NCBI RefSeq assembly: GCF_001194135.2
Contig: NC_068983.1
Span: 49,656,298-49,706,148, forward strand
Direction of reading: 5' to 3'
Length of the DNA: 49,851 nucleotides
Source: Octopus bimaculoides
Taxonomy: Eukaryota
Shown here: positions 12,292 to 23,125 of the stretch, piece by piece
Numbering within the stretch: the stretch's first letter is position 1
How the letters are laid out: each line of letters starts with the position of its first letter
The notes under the pieces: model-generated
What the model was told of the DNA's origin: nothing
Databases searched by the model: none
Seen by the model: the letters and a program-made list of their open reading frames with translations, nothing else
Translations under genes and position numbers: made by a program

Positions 12292-12446
12292 TTAAGGCTG
12301 CAGTGCTGTTTTGTTTGAATCACAAATTGTAATAGATGTTGATGCTGCGTTTTTGCTGCTGCTATCATCATATATTGTACCATTCTTATTATTCGTTGTC
12401 TTGATTGTTACAGACACAACTCTACTCTCTTTGTGACTTAAACACA
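12292..12446 (-). CDS. Candidate terminal coding exon, unassigned (CLSHKESRVVSVTIKTTNNKNGTIYDDSSSKNAASTSITICDSNKTALQP*)
   Basis: Acceptor TATATATTTAG at 12447 on minus, then 50 open codons to TAA at 12292-12294. No homology recognised, so it could be chance. Confidence 0.22.
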
Positions 12447-12529
12447 CTAAATATATAACTGATCATACAAAAAATAAGTGTACCAAATACTAAACTGTTT
12501 AATGAGATCCTGTTTAGCATGTGTCCTGA

Positions 12530-12655
12530 GTGGTCGGTTTTTTTAATGACTTCATGAATATTTCGGTGAATCAGGATCTTCTTGTTTAGTTGTGGTCGGT
12601 TTTTTTAATGACTTCATGAATATGTCGGTGAATCAGGATCTTCTTGTTTAGTTGT
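12530..12655. repeat. 62-bp tandem duplication, 2 copies, 1 mismatch
   Basis: GTGGTCGGTTTTTTTAATGACTTCATGAATAT(T/G)TCGGTGAATCAGGATCTTCTTGTTTAGTT at 12530 and 12592. Confidence 0.92.
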
Positions 12656-13394
12656 TTTTCCATTAGAAACAGTGATTCAGGTTCAATTTCTAGGCATTTT
12701 AAGATTGTCAAATATCCCTGCTACAAGGTATTTTGAACATTAAAACTTTTTAAATCTATTATTTATATTTCCAAATATATAAGACTTTTCTGATATTTAT
12801 GCACATAGTGTATAGTAGAAAACTTAAGATACGTTTTAAGTAGTTAAACAATTGTTTCTAAGCTCTTAGCTGAGGAAATGTGGACTGACGTGAATACTTA
12901 ATGTTAATATCTTTAAACACAGAAAACATAATGGAAGATTTAGCTGAAGTGTTTCATTAAGTATCGATAACTTTTTATGGGACACTCTTTCCACTGTTCA
13001 TGATAAGGGCTCAGGGCAAAATAACCTTATATGACAAACAAACTAAACATAGCTGCAATGGCTAGATTAATAGGCATACTATAGTGTAATTAATTAATAT
13101 TTATACACAACACAGCATTATTTACTAAACCTGAGAAATATAATAGTTAAAATATAGTTTTTAAACTTTAAGTGTGTAAATATAAACAGATGTAAATACA
13201 TCTTGTTGTTTTCTTCATAGTCAGACAAATGTTACAGTCTAATGAATACAAAACTACACTGTATTTCATAATTTTGTACATTAGTACATTTTTATTTTAT
13301 ACAAGGAGAATTTAATTTTAATAGCTTTTGTCTTCTTGTGCTATTTATTCTGTTGCAAGTTTAAATTTTAACGTGGGTTGAGTATTAAATCATT

Positions 13395-13740
13395 ATCATC
13401 ATCATCATCATCATCATCGATTAACGTCTGCTTTCCATGCTAGCATGGGTTGGACGATTTGACTGAGGACTGGCGAACCAGATAGCTGCACCAGGCTCCA
13501 ATCTGATCTGGCAGAGCTTCTACAGCTGGATGCCCTTCCTAATGCCAACCACTCGGAGTGTAGTGGGTGCTTTTACATGCCACCTACACAGGAGCCAGTC
13601 CAGTGGCACTGGCAATGACCTCGCTCAAATGTCTTTTCACGTGTCACTGGCACAAGTGCCAGGAATGAGATGCTGGTTACGATCACACTCAAATAGTGCT
13701 ATTTACGTGCCACTGGCACAGAAGTCAGACAGCTGCTCTA
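13395..13740 (-). mobile_element. RTE-tail element (family R), 3' portion with (GAT)n tail
   Basis: Near-identical to 40376-40690, 29736-29938 and the reverse complement of 30938-31277. Confidence 0.87.
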
Positions 13741-13977
13741 TGGGAAAGGAAGTTTCATGTTTTGCAATGGGATTCAAGACAACAAGTTATTGGGATCTAT
13801 AGTTTGCTGTGATATATTATAGATGTTACTCCATTGTTGCTGGTTTTGGTTCTCAGTTCAGCTTATAGAGAAATAAGAAAAAAAGCTTGACAATAATTAT
13901 TTTGAGTGTTGGCACAAAGAAAAGCAAAAACAGAAAAAAACTAAAAACAACGTGCCATAAAAAGCACCTTTCAAACA

Positions 13978-14040
13978 CTGGGCCTCATGGAAGCGATGAC
14001 AAATGACCAGGGCCTTCGGCGATATGCTATGCTTTAGTAG
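13978..14040 (+). mobile_element. RTE LINE ORF C-terminal fragment (LGLMEAMTNDQGLRRYAML)
   Basis: Aligns with 23858-23915. Appears to continue at ~14620 after an interruption. Confidence 0.65.
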
Positions 14041-14119
14041 CAGACCTGTGGCGAAGGAGATGTTGGTCAATGCGGGGTACCTATTTGAATGAGTGCGGGT
14101 CAGAAGGCTAGTAACATTT

Positions 14120-14590
14120 AAATATATGTTTGCATAAAAGGCACAATAAAATACCAGGAGACCAAGTTCCTTTTTGGTTAACAAACCTGGGAATTTATTT
14201 TGGCTCAATCAAGATGTTACCGGAGCTTTGCAGGTAAGCCTTCCCGATGATCTGGAAGGAATCAAGTGTTCATTTATTAGTAATTTTTCAATCTGTGTAT
14301 CATAGATATCAGCCTTCTCGTCAATCGGGAGCAGTAAACAAATGTTCATTCCTCAGTATATTCCCATGAGTTGGACAAAAAATCAGTGCATTAAAGAAGA
14401 AGTCCTTCCATCAAAGAGTGCTAATTTTTTATCAAAGTCCTGCCAGGCCAAAGCTCATCTAACCTGCTTAACATGTCCAGTCTACTTGACTACTGACCTT
14501 TCTTTTTAAAACTTGTGCTTCACTGCCCAGGCTGTGTGTATCCTTCGCAGCCAGCAGTGATTGGTTAGTTTAAGCAAAATGACTACATTA
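14120..14590 (-). pseudogene. Highly decayed mariner-like transposase relic
   Basis: Minus frames give (with shifts) TGHVKQ/LDE, LFDGRTSSLM, PIDEKADIYD and KKEL..WSPGIL. These appear in the order of the mariner motifs GKVKKLDKWVPHEL, RFEVSSSL, TCDEKWILYD and KKVMVTVWWSAAGL. Judged by eye. Confidence 0.35.
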
Positions 14591-14619
14591 AGCCACCATC
14601 GCAAAGTAGTGCTAATATG

Positions 14620-14861
14620 ACTTGAAATCATAGTCATGGCAGATACCGGTGTCATGCACCTGGCACACATGCAGGTGGCACGTCAAAGCACCCATTACAC
14701 CCTCAGAGTGGTTGGTGTTAGGAAGGGCATCCAGCTGTAGAAACCACGCCAAATCGGACAGGAGTCTGGTGCAGCATCTCAGCTTACCAGCAGTGGTCAA
14801 ACTGTCCAACCCATGCAATCAAGGATAACAGACTTTAAATGATGATGATGATGATGATGAT
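14620..14861 (+). mobile_element. RTE 3' UTR and (GAT)n tail (family R)
   Basis: GAAATCATAGTCATGGCAGATACCGG...TTAGGAAGGGCATCCAGCTGTAGAAACC...(GAT)7. Confidence 0.8.
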
Positions 14862-15633
14862 TAAAGAAAATTTACCCAGTCCAAAGTTCATTGTAGGCAC
14901 CAACAACACTATTATAACAGCAGTTACTTTCTTCATCATTATAGATTTCCAACTATATTATAATATCAGAAAGAACGCACACATCAATAACTGACAAACT
15001 GAGAACATAGACTCTGCTAGAGGCCCACTTTTTACTAATTACATTTACTGGTTTAAATATAATCTCAGTTACTCCCTCTCTAATTCTTCATATTTAATTA
15101 TTAAATTGTCAAACTATAAATTTATTAAATTCCATTCATTTTATATTGACGTACTTAATGTTATCACAATTTATTTAATAACCACCTCTAACTGCCCTAA
15201 TTATTTTCTCATACCCAATAATCATTTCAGATAATATTATCTTCTGAATCTACTCATTCAAATTTCTAACATCCATTTATCATTTCTACTATCCCCTTTT
15301 TGTAACTCTATTTTATTTTAATTCACTTTAAATTTACCACCTAATAATGTATATTCTAGCTTACACTCACTTCTACATGCTTCCTTTTAATTTGATATCT
15401 TATATCTTCCTTGAGTTAAATGATTATAACGTATCATAATTGTTCTAAATAATAACATATAGTAAACACATATATTACTGATATGACAAGATCCTGTAAA
15501 ATATATTATTTGTTATGCATGACTTGAACATTTATTAAAGTATAAGGCATTTTGTACAGCATTTTCAAACTTGTAACATTTTTCCTATACCTCATTCTAA
15601 TCCATATTAATATCATATTATTATTGCTATTTC

Positions 15634-16530
15634 AAGGCGGCGAGCTGGCAGAACTGTTAGCATGCTGGGCAAAATGCTTAGCAGTATTTTGTCTGTTGTT
15701 ACGTTATGAGTTCAAATTCTGCTGAGGTCGACTTTGCCTTTCATCCTTTTGGAGTCGATTAAATAAGTACCAGCTACACACTGGGTCGATATTATCGACT
15801 TAATCCCTTTGTCTGTCCTTGTTTGTCTCCTCTGTGTGTAGCCCCTTGTGGGCAGTAAAAGAAATAAGAAACGTTAGCATGCTGAGTCAAATGCTTAGCG
15901 GTATTTCGTCTGCCGTTAAGTTCTGAGTTCAAATTCCGCTGAGGTCGACTTTGTTTTTCATCCTTTCAAGGTCGATAAATTAAGTACCAGTTGTGTACTG
16001 GGGTTGATGTAATCGACTGGCCCCCTCCTCCAAAACTTCAGGCCTTGTACCTAGTGTAGAAAAGATTATTATTGATATTTTAGGTTAGCCTTAAGGCAGT
16101 GAACTGGCAGAAGAGTGAGCATGCTGAACACAATAGTTAATGGCCTTTCATCTGTCTGTATGTTCTGAGTTCAAATTCGACCGAGGTTAACTTTGCCTTT
16201 TATCCTTTCAGAGTTGATAAAAATGAGTACCTGTTAGACATTGGGGATGATGTAATCAGCTTAATTGCTGGCCTTGTGCCAAAATTTGAAATCAGTATTT
16301 TAGGTTAATCTTAAGGCTGTGAGTTGGCAGAGTCATTAACATACTGAGCATTTCATCTTAGTGGCATTTCGTCCATTGCTATGTTCTAAGTTCAAACTCT
16401 ACTGAAGTTGACTTTGTCTTGCATCCTTCTGGGGTAAATAAAATAAGTACTAATTGAACGCTGGGTTTGATGTAATCGACTTACTTCCGCCCCTGAAATT
16501 TCTGGCCTTGTGCCAAAATTTGAAACCAAT
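15634..16530 (+). mobile_element. Head-to-tail array of four family A SINEs (15634-15868, 15869-16064, 16093-16295, 16313-16529)
   Basis: Four B boxes (GAGTTCAAATTC-like) at ~200-220 bp spacing, with three different tail variants. Confidence 0.88.
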
Positions 16531-16727
16531 ATTTTAGGTTATCCTCCAAGGTATCAATTTTCACACATTTTTACTTAATTTGATATTATTTTCACTGATA
16601 TCGATAACAATAGTGATTCCTTTGTATATACACATAAAAATAATACGATCCCATTGACTACCACAAAATTCATTGTATGTGAATGGTTGCATTCTTCCCT
16701 GATATCCATATTGCATAATTCACTGTT

Positions 16728-16763
<36 letters not shown>

Positions 16764-17302
16764 ACAACAGTATCTACCACTTATATAAAATTATGTTTTC
16801 TGTGGTTTAGTATTTGCAGGAACAATAGAGGTAGGGAGTTGGTCTGGTAAATTCTATAGTTGAAACCTGCTACATTTAATACTGTTCATGTTTTCTGTAT
16901 GTTGCTTTTTGACTAAATAATACCTTTGTTTCCAAATATACCAAATTGTTCTCAGAAACAACTTGTAGTTTAGAAACATTACATTCTATTGATTTCATAC
17001 AATCCTATTAAAGACAATGTTATTGTAAGTTATGCATGTTTTATATTCATCTCCCTTTACACCTAAGCAAGCATTAGGGTTTTGCATGAATATCAAGAAG
17101 CATAATTCCTCAAAATACTTTAGTTTCTAGGTTACTATCAACACACACACACAAACACATACACAGACATGTATACAAACTCATATTTTGCAATGAATGT
17201 TATTTGATCATATTATATTTTTGTACAACTTAGTCAAAGATACTATTGACAGAATCTGAAAACTAACACTTCTTTCGAATCTGTCTCTTCAGGTTTTCCT
17301 CA

Positions 17303-17341
<39 letters not shown>

Positions 17342-17639
17342 TATTATCTTCAATAAACACAGTAAATTAGTGGAATTATGATTTTTTTTCTTGAAGTAAC
17401 CACACTAAAATTAGTCGGTATTAATTTCACATATCCATCACTAGCAGGACTTCTAGATTCAATGTTTACATATATACACTTCCTTTGTAATTTACTAATG
17501 CAATCGCTAAAATAGTAAGATATAATTTATTTCTCCATAATCTTGTTTCTCTGCTTTCTTTTATTGAAGCAGCTACAGTCATAAATCTCTTTAAATGTCA
17601 CATATACACAAAATCATGTGTATATATGGGTTTTCTTTA

Positions 17640-18305
17640 TAGCATGGGCTCTCAGAAATTTGGGGTTGGTGCTTGGCATGCTGGAAGACCATTGGGATTG
17701 GAATATCCCTTAGTTTTTCTCAAAGCATGTCTCTAGAACGGGCTTCAAACCTGGGCTGTCTCCTCCTATAATCAGTGCTGACTTGGTCAGCCAATCCTCT
17801 GTTATGGACAACAATCGACACGATGACCTGCTATGGACCACACTAGCCAAAAGTGTGTATCCATGTGACTGGGGGGGGACCACATGTGGACTTGTATTCC
17901 CACTGAAACTCCAAACATGAATTCTACACCTCAACGGTGAATGAAGTTTAGGGTTAAGACATCTGTGCTATCCAACATGCTTGCTTGCTTTCCTAATAAA
18001 GCATTTGTCAAATTTGCAAGCTAGATTTTGGGGTTGCAGGAAGAAGAATTACTTTAGGTGACCATTAGATATGGTCAGCATTCGGGAAAGACATGAGAAA
18101 CTCACTGGTTGGAGCTGGCTCCCCCCGGTTAATGCCACCACATGTACAAGTAAGTAGTAATTAGTTTTCTTTAGAAGAATCGACTCTGCTCCAAACATTC
18201 GCATGAAGTTTCTAATTTGAGGACATCTTTCTCAATTTCACAAGAAGGCTGTTCTGTTGATGGGATCAACTGGAACCCTTATTGTCATAACCGACAGAGC
18301 GCCAG
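17640..18305 (+). mobile_element. Unclassified GC-richer interspersed element whose 3' end matches the tail of SINE E
   Basis: 18233-18285 AATTTCACAAGAAGGCTGTTCTGTTGATGGGATCAACTGGAACCCTT matches the reverse complement of ~5248-5295. No intact ORF. Confidence 0.45.
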
Positions 18306-19265
18306 TTCTTTTAAACTGAGTGAAGTCTAATGTTGTGTAAAAAAACAAAAAAACCTTTTAATATGAAATATTAGATTGTTGCATATATTCTAACTGCTGT
18401 TGATACTGATGTTTAGCCACAGACTTGTGTCAACCAAAATCCTGTATCAGGAAAAGTATTCCAGCCTGTCTTCTCAAGCATAGATGTTAAATATCTTAAT
18501 CTGAGATCAACCATCTCTATTTTGAAAGAGTGTAGAATATGACATAAGGAGAGATTTGATTGCTACTTCTTGCAGATAGAATTACCAAGTAATGGCACCT
18601 TCTTTGACTCAGGGCTACATTTTAGTTTAGTGAGAGAGAATTCTTTTAAAGAATTTAGCCATAAAATAACAAGAATAACCCTGTTAGTTTGTCTAAGCTG
18701 TAAATTTAACGGATGAAACATGTCATATTTGTGATAGCATATAATCAATAAAGAATTAGTAAGGGTGTTTCAAATTAGAATTGTAATAGCTATGACATGT
18801 AATTCTCATAGGCAATGTAAAACGGTGAAATGAAGATGTGAAATATTTCTCTAAATGTTGAATATTGAAAAGGGGAGGGGAAAAGGCCTTTGAATTTCAA
18901 TTTGTGATGCCTATTTGATAGTAAGCAGCTTAAAGGAAATGAAATTGCAGAGTCAGTTAATCATAAATTTAAGGAATGAAAGGTATCGACTGCTATATAG
19001 GAAATAAGTCTGATTGGTATGGACAGTAGGTGAGAAAGGATGATGAAAATTAGATAAATATATATGCTGCAGGTTGTTAGGGGTTGTTAAGCAGATCAAA
19101 AGCAGGCCAAATGAAAACTAGAAATGAAGATAGTTAAGGATTGCTTGAGTAAGCTAAGATAGAGTCGTGGAGTGAGATGGGAAATGAAGAGATGATGAAA
19201 GGAAGGTAAAACATGATAAAAACAGATATGAAATGATTACTTTAAATTATATAAATTTCCTACAG

Positions 19266-19358
19266 TGAAATTCCTTTCATAATTGGAAAGATCAGAAGGT
19301 ATTTTGATGGTGAGAGATTAATATTACTCAATTCTTTTGGCTGTAGGGTTGTGAATAC
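19266..19358 (+). CDS. Candidate internal exon, unassigned (EIPFIIGKIRRYFDGERLILLNSFGCRVVN)
   Basis: Acceptor TTTCCTACAG at 19265. Open frame to donor AC|GTAATA at 19359, with an alternative donor G|GTGAGA at 19310. Phase-compatible with 21824-21911. Confidence 0.18.
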
Positions 19359-19948
19359 GTAATATATTGCAAGTTTGCAGAAAGTTCCTCGTGGATAGGA
19401 CTTGAGTTGCCAAAGGTCTGATGTATGATTTGAGAAATCGATTTTTTTTTTTTTATCTAATATATATATAATTTTCATAGAATGGAATGTAATTATTTTA
19501 ATGTTCTTTGCAATAGNNNNNNNNNNNNNNNNNNNNNNNNNNNNNNNNNNNNNNNNNNNNNNNNNNNNNNNNNNNNNNNNNNNNNNNNNNNNNNNNNNNN
19601 NNNNNNNNNNNNNNNNNNNNNNNNNNNNNNNNNNNNNNNNNNNNNNNNNNNNNNNNNNNNNNNNNNNNNNNNNNNNNNNNNNNNNNNNNNNNNNNNNNNN
19701 NNNNNNNNNNNNNNNNNNNNNNNNNNNNNNNNNNNNNNNNNNNNNNNNNNNNNNNNNNNNNNNNNNNNNNNNNNNNNNNNNNNNNNNNNNNNNNNNNNNN
19801 NNNNNNNNNNNNNNNNNNNNNNNNNNNNNNNNNNNNNNNNNNNNNNNNNNNNNNNNNNNNNNNNNNNNNNNNNNNNNNNNNNNNNNNNNNNNNNNNNNNN
19901 NNNNNNNNNNNNNNNNNNNNNNNNNNNNNNNNNNNNNNNNNNNNNNNN

Positions 19949-19991
<43 letters not shown>

Positions 19992-20219
19992 TGTAGTGGA
20001 CTTCATAAGAATTTATAATCTGTCTAGAAAACATGAAATAATTCTTTTGTGGAATTGGTTCTCAAAGCACACAAACGCTGTAAATAACACCATGTAAATA
20101 TAGGTTTGGGAAATCCTTTTTGGACAGATGTTGGAGATGCAGGTTCAGATCCCATGGGCTGCCTTCAGAAATTTTCTATCCCAAAGGTTTCTCTGACTTA
20201 ATATTCATATGCTTACTGA

Positions 20220-20435
20220 TGGCAGTGTGTTGGCAGAATTGTTAGCACTCCAGGCAAAATGCTTAGCAGTATTTCATCAGTCTTTACGTTCTGAGTTCAA
20301 ATTCTGCCAAGGTCAACTGTGCCATTCATTCTTTTGGGATCAATAAATTGAGTACCAGTTATGTACTGGGGTCGATCTAATTGACTGGTCCCCCTCTCGC
20401 CCAAAATTTCAGGCCTTGTGTCTAGAGTAGAAAAG
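20220..20435 (+). mobile_element. SINE family A (GTAGAAAAG tail) with TSD
   Basis: TSD ATATTCA(T/C)ATGCTTA at 20201-20215 and 20437-20451. Confidence 0.87.
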
Positions 20436-20498
20436 AATATTCACATGCTTATTATCTATAGCATTTATGTGCTTTGAGAACCAATTAGAAAATATATA

Positions 20499-20643
20499 TG
20501 TAGGACTGGCTCTGTGGTAAGTAGCTTGCTTATGAACCACATGGTTCCGGGTTCAGTCCCACTGTGTGGCACCTTGGGCAGGCCAACCAAAGCCTTGTGA
20601 GTGGATTTGGTAGATGGAAACTGAAAGAAGCCTGTCGTATATA

Positions 20644-20725
<82 letters not shown>

Positions 20726-20872
20726 TATGCATATGTGTGTGTATATGTTTGTGTATCTGTATTTGTCCTCCCCAACATCGCTTGACAACCGATGCTGGTG
20801 TGTTTACGTCCCCATAACTTAGCAGTGCTCCAGCATGGCCGCAGTCAAATTACCAAAACGAGTAAAAGAGTA
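20499..20872 (+). mobile_element. SINE family C with internal (TA)n and internal deletion
   Basis: Head TGTGGTAAGTAGCTTGCTTATGAACCACATGGTTCCGGGTTCAGTCCC and tail CAGCATGGCCGCAGTC...AGTAAAAGAGTA. Confidence 0.85.
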
Positions 20873-21823
20873 TAACATTATGTCTATGTCCAGCCCACAG
20901 CTTCCCTTTTTCTGTATGAGGCCTTTTTGGCCAATCTTAATGAAATAAAGACAAATCAGAATTGCTGTATAATTAATTTGGTCATGGTTTGCTAGGCTGC
21001 AGTGATAAGGCCAATCACATTCTGTAAAACCCAAGGAAGAGACAAGAAATGATTCAAGCACATCATTTCTTGAATTCTTCTCCAAAGAAACAGTCCACTG
21101 AAGCACCTCAGTACAACAACTGGTTACAAAACATTAAGGCTAAAATTATAAAATGAGGTAACGTCTATATGGTTTCTATACCTGCAAGAAATAGCAATTA
21201 TATTTCTGTCAAATTATGTATTATTATCTATTTTTTTAAAACAAAGAAAGAAAAGGAACTACCTTGTGTATGTCATATATACTCAGTGTTTACAAAAACA
21301 GAAGTGATGATTTAAATACCACCCGAAAGCATCTGTTCTCTTATAATTCAAAATCTCATTTTAATATGTTCATATTTAAATTAAAACTTAAGAGTTGTAT
21401 TTGTTGTGATAAATGACTTGATCTGAGATAATGTTTTGAAACTGAAGCTATTATAGTGTTGAAGAGTAATTTTTCAATTTCATAACAAACAACAAACAAA
21501 ACATTTTTATATACTCTGTTTATTTCTTAATAATAGTATATATTATATTACGAAGTCTACAAATATTTTCACAAATATTTACACAAATATTTACAACCTA
21601 CTCATTGACGCAGTTTCATCGTATCTGTTGAAAATCAGTTACTGGCAAGTTTTATAAGCATCGGTGGTGATGTGAAGGAGTTGTTATTTCCTCTTCCTCT
21701 CTTAGATATTAAATAAAACTGAAATATTCCGTTGTCACATTATGTAAGATGTATTTTATATATTGTTTCACAAGAAGCAGCCTTGTCATTAAAATAAAAA
21801 TATATTTTGCTAAAACCTTCCAG

Positions 21824-21911
21824 ATTCTTGACTAATTACAAAATTAATCGAGACACATCGGCAGAGTGTGTCTTTGATGAGAATATAAACTTAAAAGGGT
21901 TTGAGTGTTTC
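21824..21911 (+). CDS. Candidate internal exon, unassigned (FLTNYKINRDTSAECVFDENINLKGFECF)
   Basis: Acceptor AAACCTTCCAG at 21823 and consensus donor GTAAGT at 21912. The frame is open across 88 nt and closed on both sides. No homology recognised. Confidence 0.27.
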
Positions 21912-22351
21912 GTAAGTAGGGTAAAGTTCCAAAAAGCTGTGATAACTTAGAGTAAATGTTTTTCATTCAAAAGATATCTAATCTCCACGCAGCATCTACC
22001 TTTCATTACATACTTCAGTTTTGACAACATCAAAGGGATATGTTATAGATTATCTTAGCATCTCATTATATATGCATACACATAGGAATAGAAGCAAGAT
22101 ATATACACCCAGATATGAAATATAAGTAAAATTCAAGATATCATAGGCATGTAGGTTATTCAGCATTGTACAGTTTACAAAAGTATGCTTCATGGTTATA
22201 AAGTACAATTTGTTGACTTCATATTACACACATTAGAATATCTCATTTAACAATGAATAGTAATGATGAACTACTGACAAAGCATCTAGGAGGTCAGTCC
22301 AGTTGCAAGAAATAGCAGCCAAATTTTCCTCCTAACACATCATGTCATTTT

Positions 22352-22446
22352 AAATAAGGGAAAGCTAATTGAGTAGTGTGGCCTAATAGACTAAACCTGG
22401 ATGTGATTAATTAAGAGTGATCTGCTGCTAATCAGCAATGTATAGC
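22352..22446. repeat. Donor copy of a 95-bp perfect dispersed duplication (second copy 22913-23007)
   Basis: Base-for-base identity AAATAAGGGAAAGCTAATT...CAGCAATGTATAGC. Confidence 0.92.
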
Positions 22447-22764
22447 AATGTCTGATAAGCAATTAGGTCACTGGAATAATGCTGAAGATGCAAGAGTTAT
22501 TACTATAGGACAAGTGTATTCCAGTTGCTTTATTACTGAGAACTCATTGTCTAATGTGTCCTTGTCTATTTAAAAATCAAATGGTATAGAGAATTATTTA
22601 AGAGAAAATTAGCTGGCATTTTTAGCAGAAGGAGCAACTGCTTCAAGGATCTTTCCTTATTTAGAAACTGTGTGGCCCAACACTTGAAAGATAATATAAA
22701 AGAGAAAAGGGAAACAAACATGATTTCTAACCCAGAATTTCTGAGGTGAGATAGAGTTCATCAT

Positions 22765-23125
22765 CATTAACATCAGTTAACGTACGTTGTCCATGCTGGC
22801 ATGGGTTGGACGGTTTGACTGGACTGGCACACTGAAAAGCTGCACCAGACTCCAGTCTGATTTGGCATGGTTTTCTATGGCTGGGTGCCCTTCCTAATGC
22901 CAACCACTCTGAAAATAAGGGAAAGCTAATTGAGTAGTGTGGCCTAATAGACTAAACCTGGATGTGATTAATTAAGAGTGATCTGCTGCTAATCAGCAAT
23001 GTATAGCTGGGTGCCAATTTTCTTGATTCTGGTATCTGCCACGAGTGTGATTTTGCTCGGCATGATGGGTCTTCTTCTCAAGCACAACATAATGCTAAAG
23101 GTCTTGGTCATTGCCACCGTGAGGC
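22765..23125 (-). mobile_element. RTE LINE 3' end (tail, 3' UTR, ORF end), interrupted by the 95-bp insertion at 22913-23007
   Basis: (CAT)n tail and TTCCATGCTGGCATGGGTTGGACG. 23040-23125 is the reverse complement of the ORF-end sequence seen at 23858-23960. Confidence 0.75.

Noticed and set aside
16575-16846. Exon-like stretches at 16575-16700 (minus) and 16811-16846 (plus)
   Set aside because: Conflicting frames and strands, weak sites, and nothing recognisable.
18850-19240. Purine-rich stretch resembling a decayed CR1/L2-type LINE end on minus
   Set aside because: Too degraded to align convincingly by eye.
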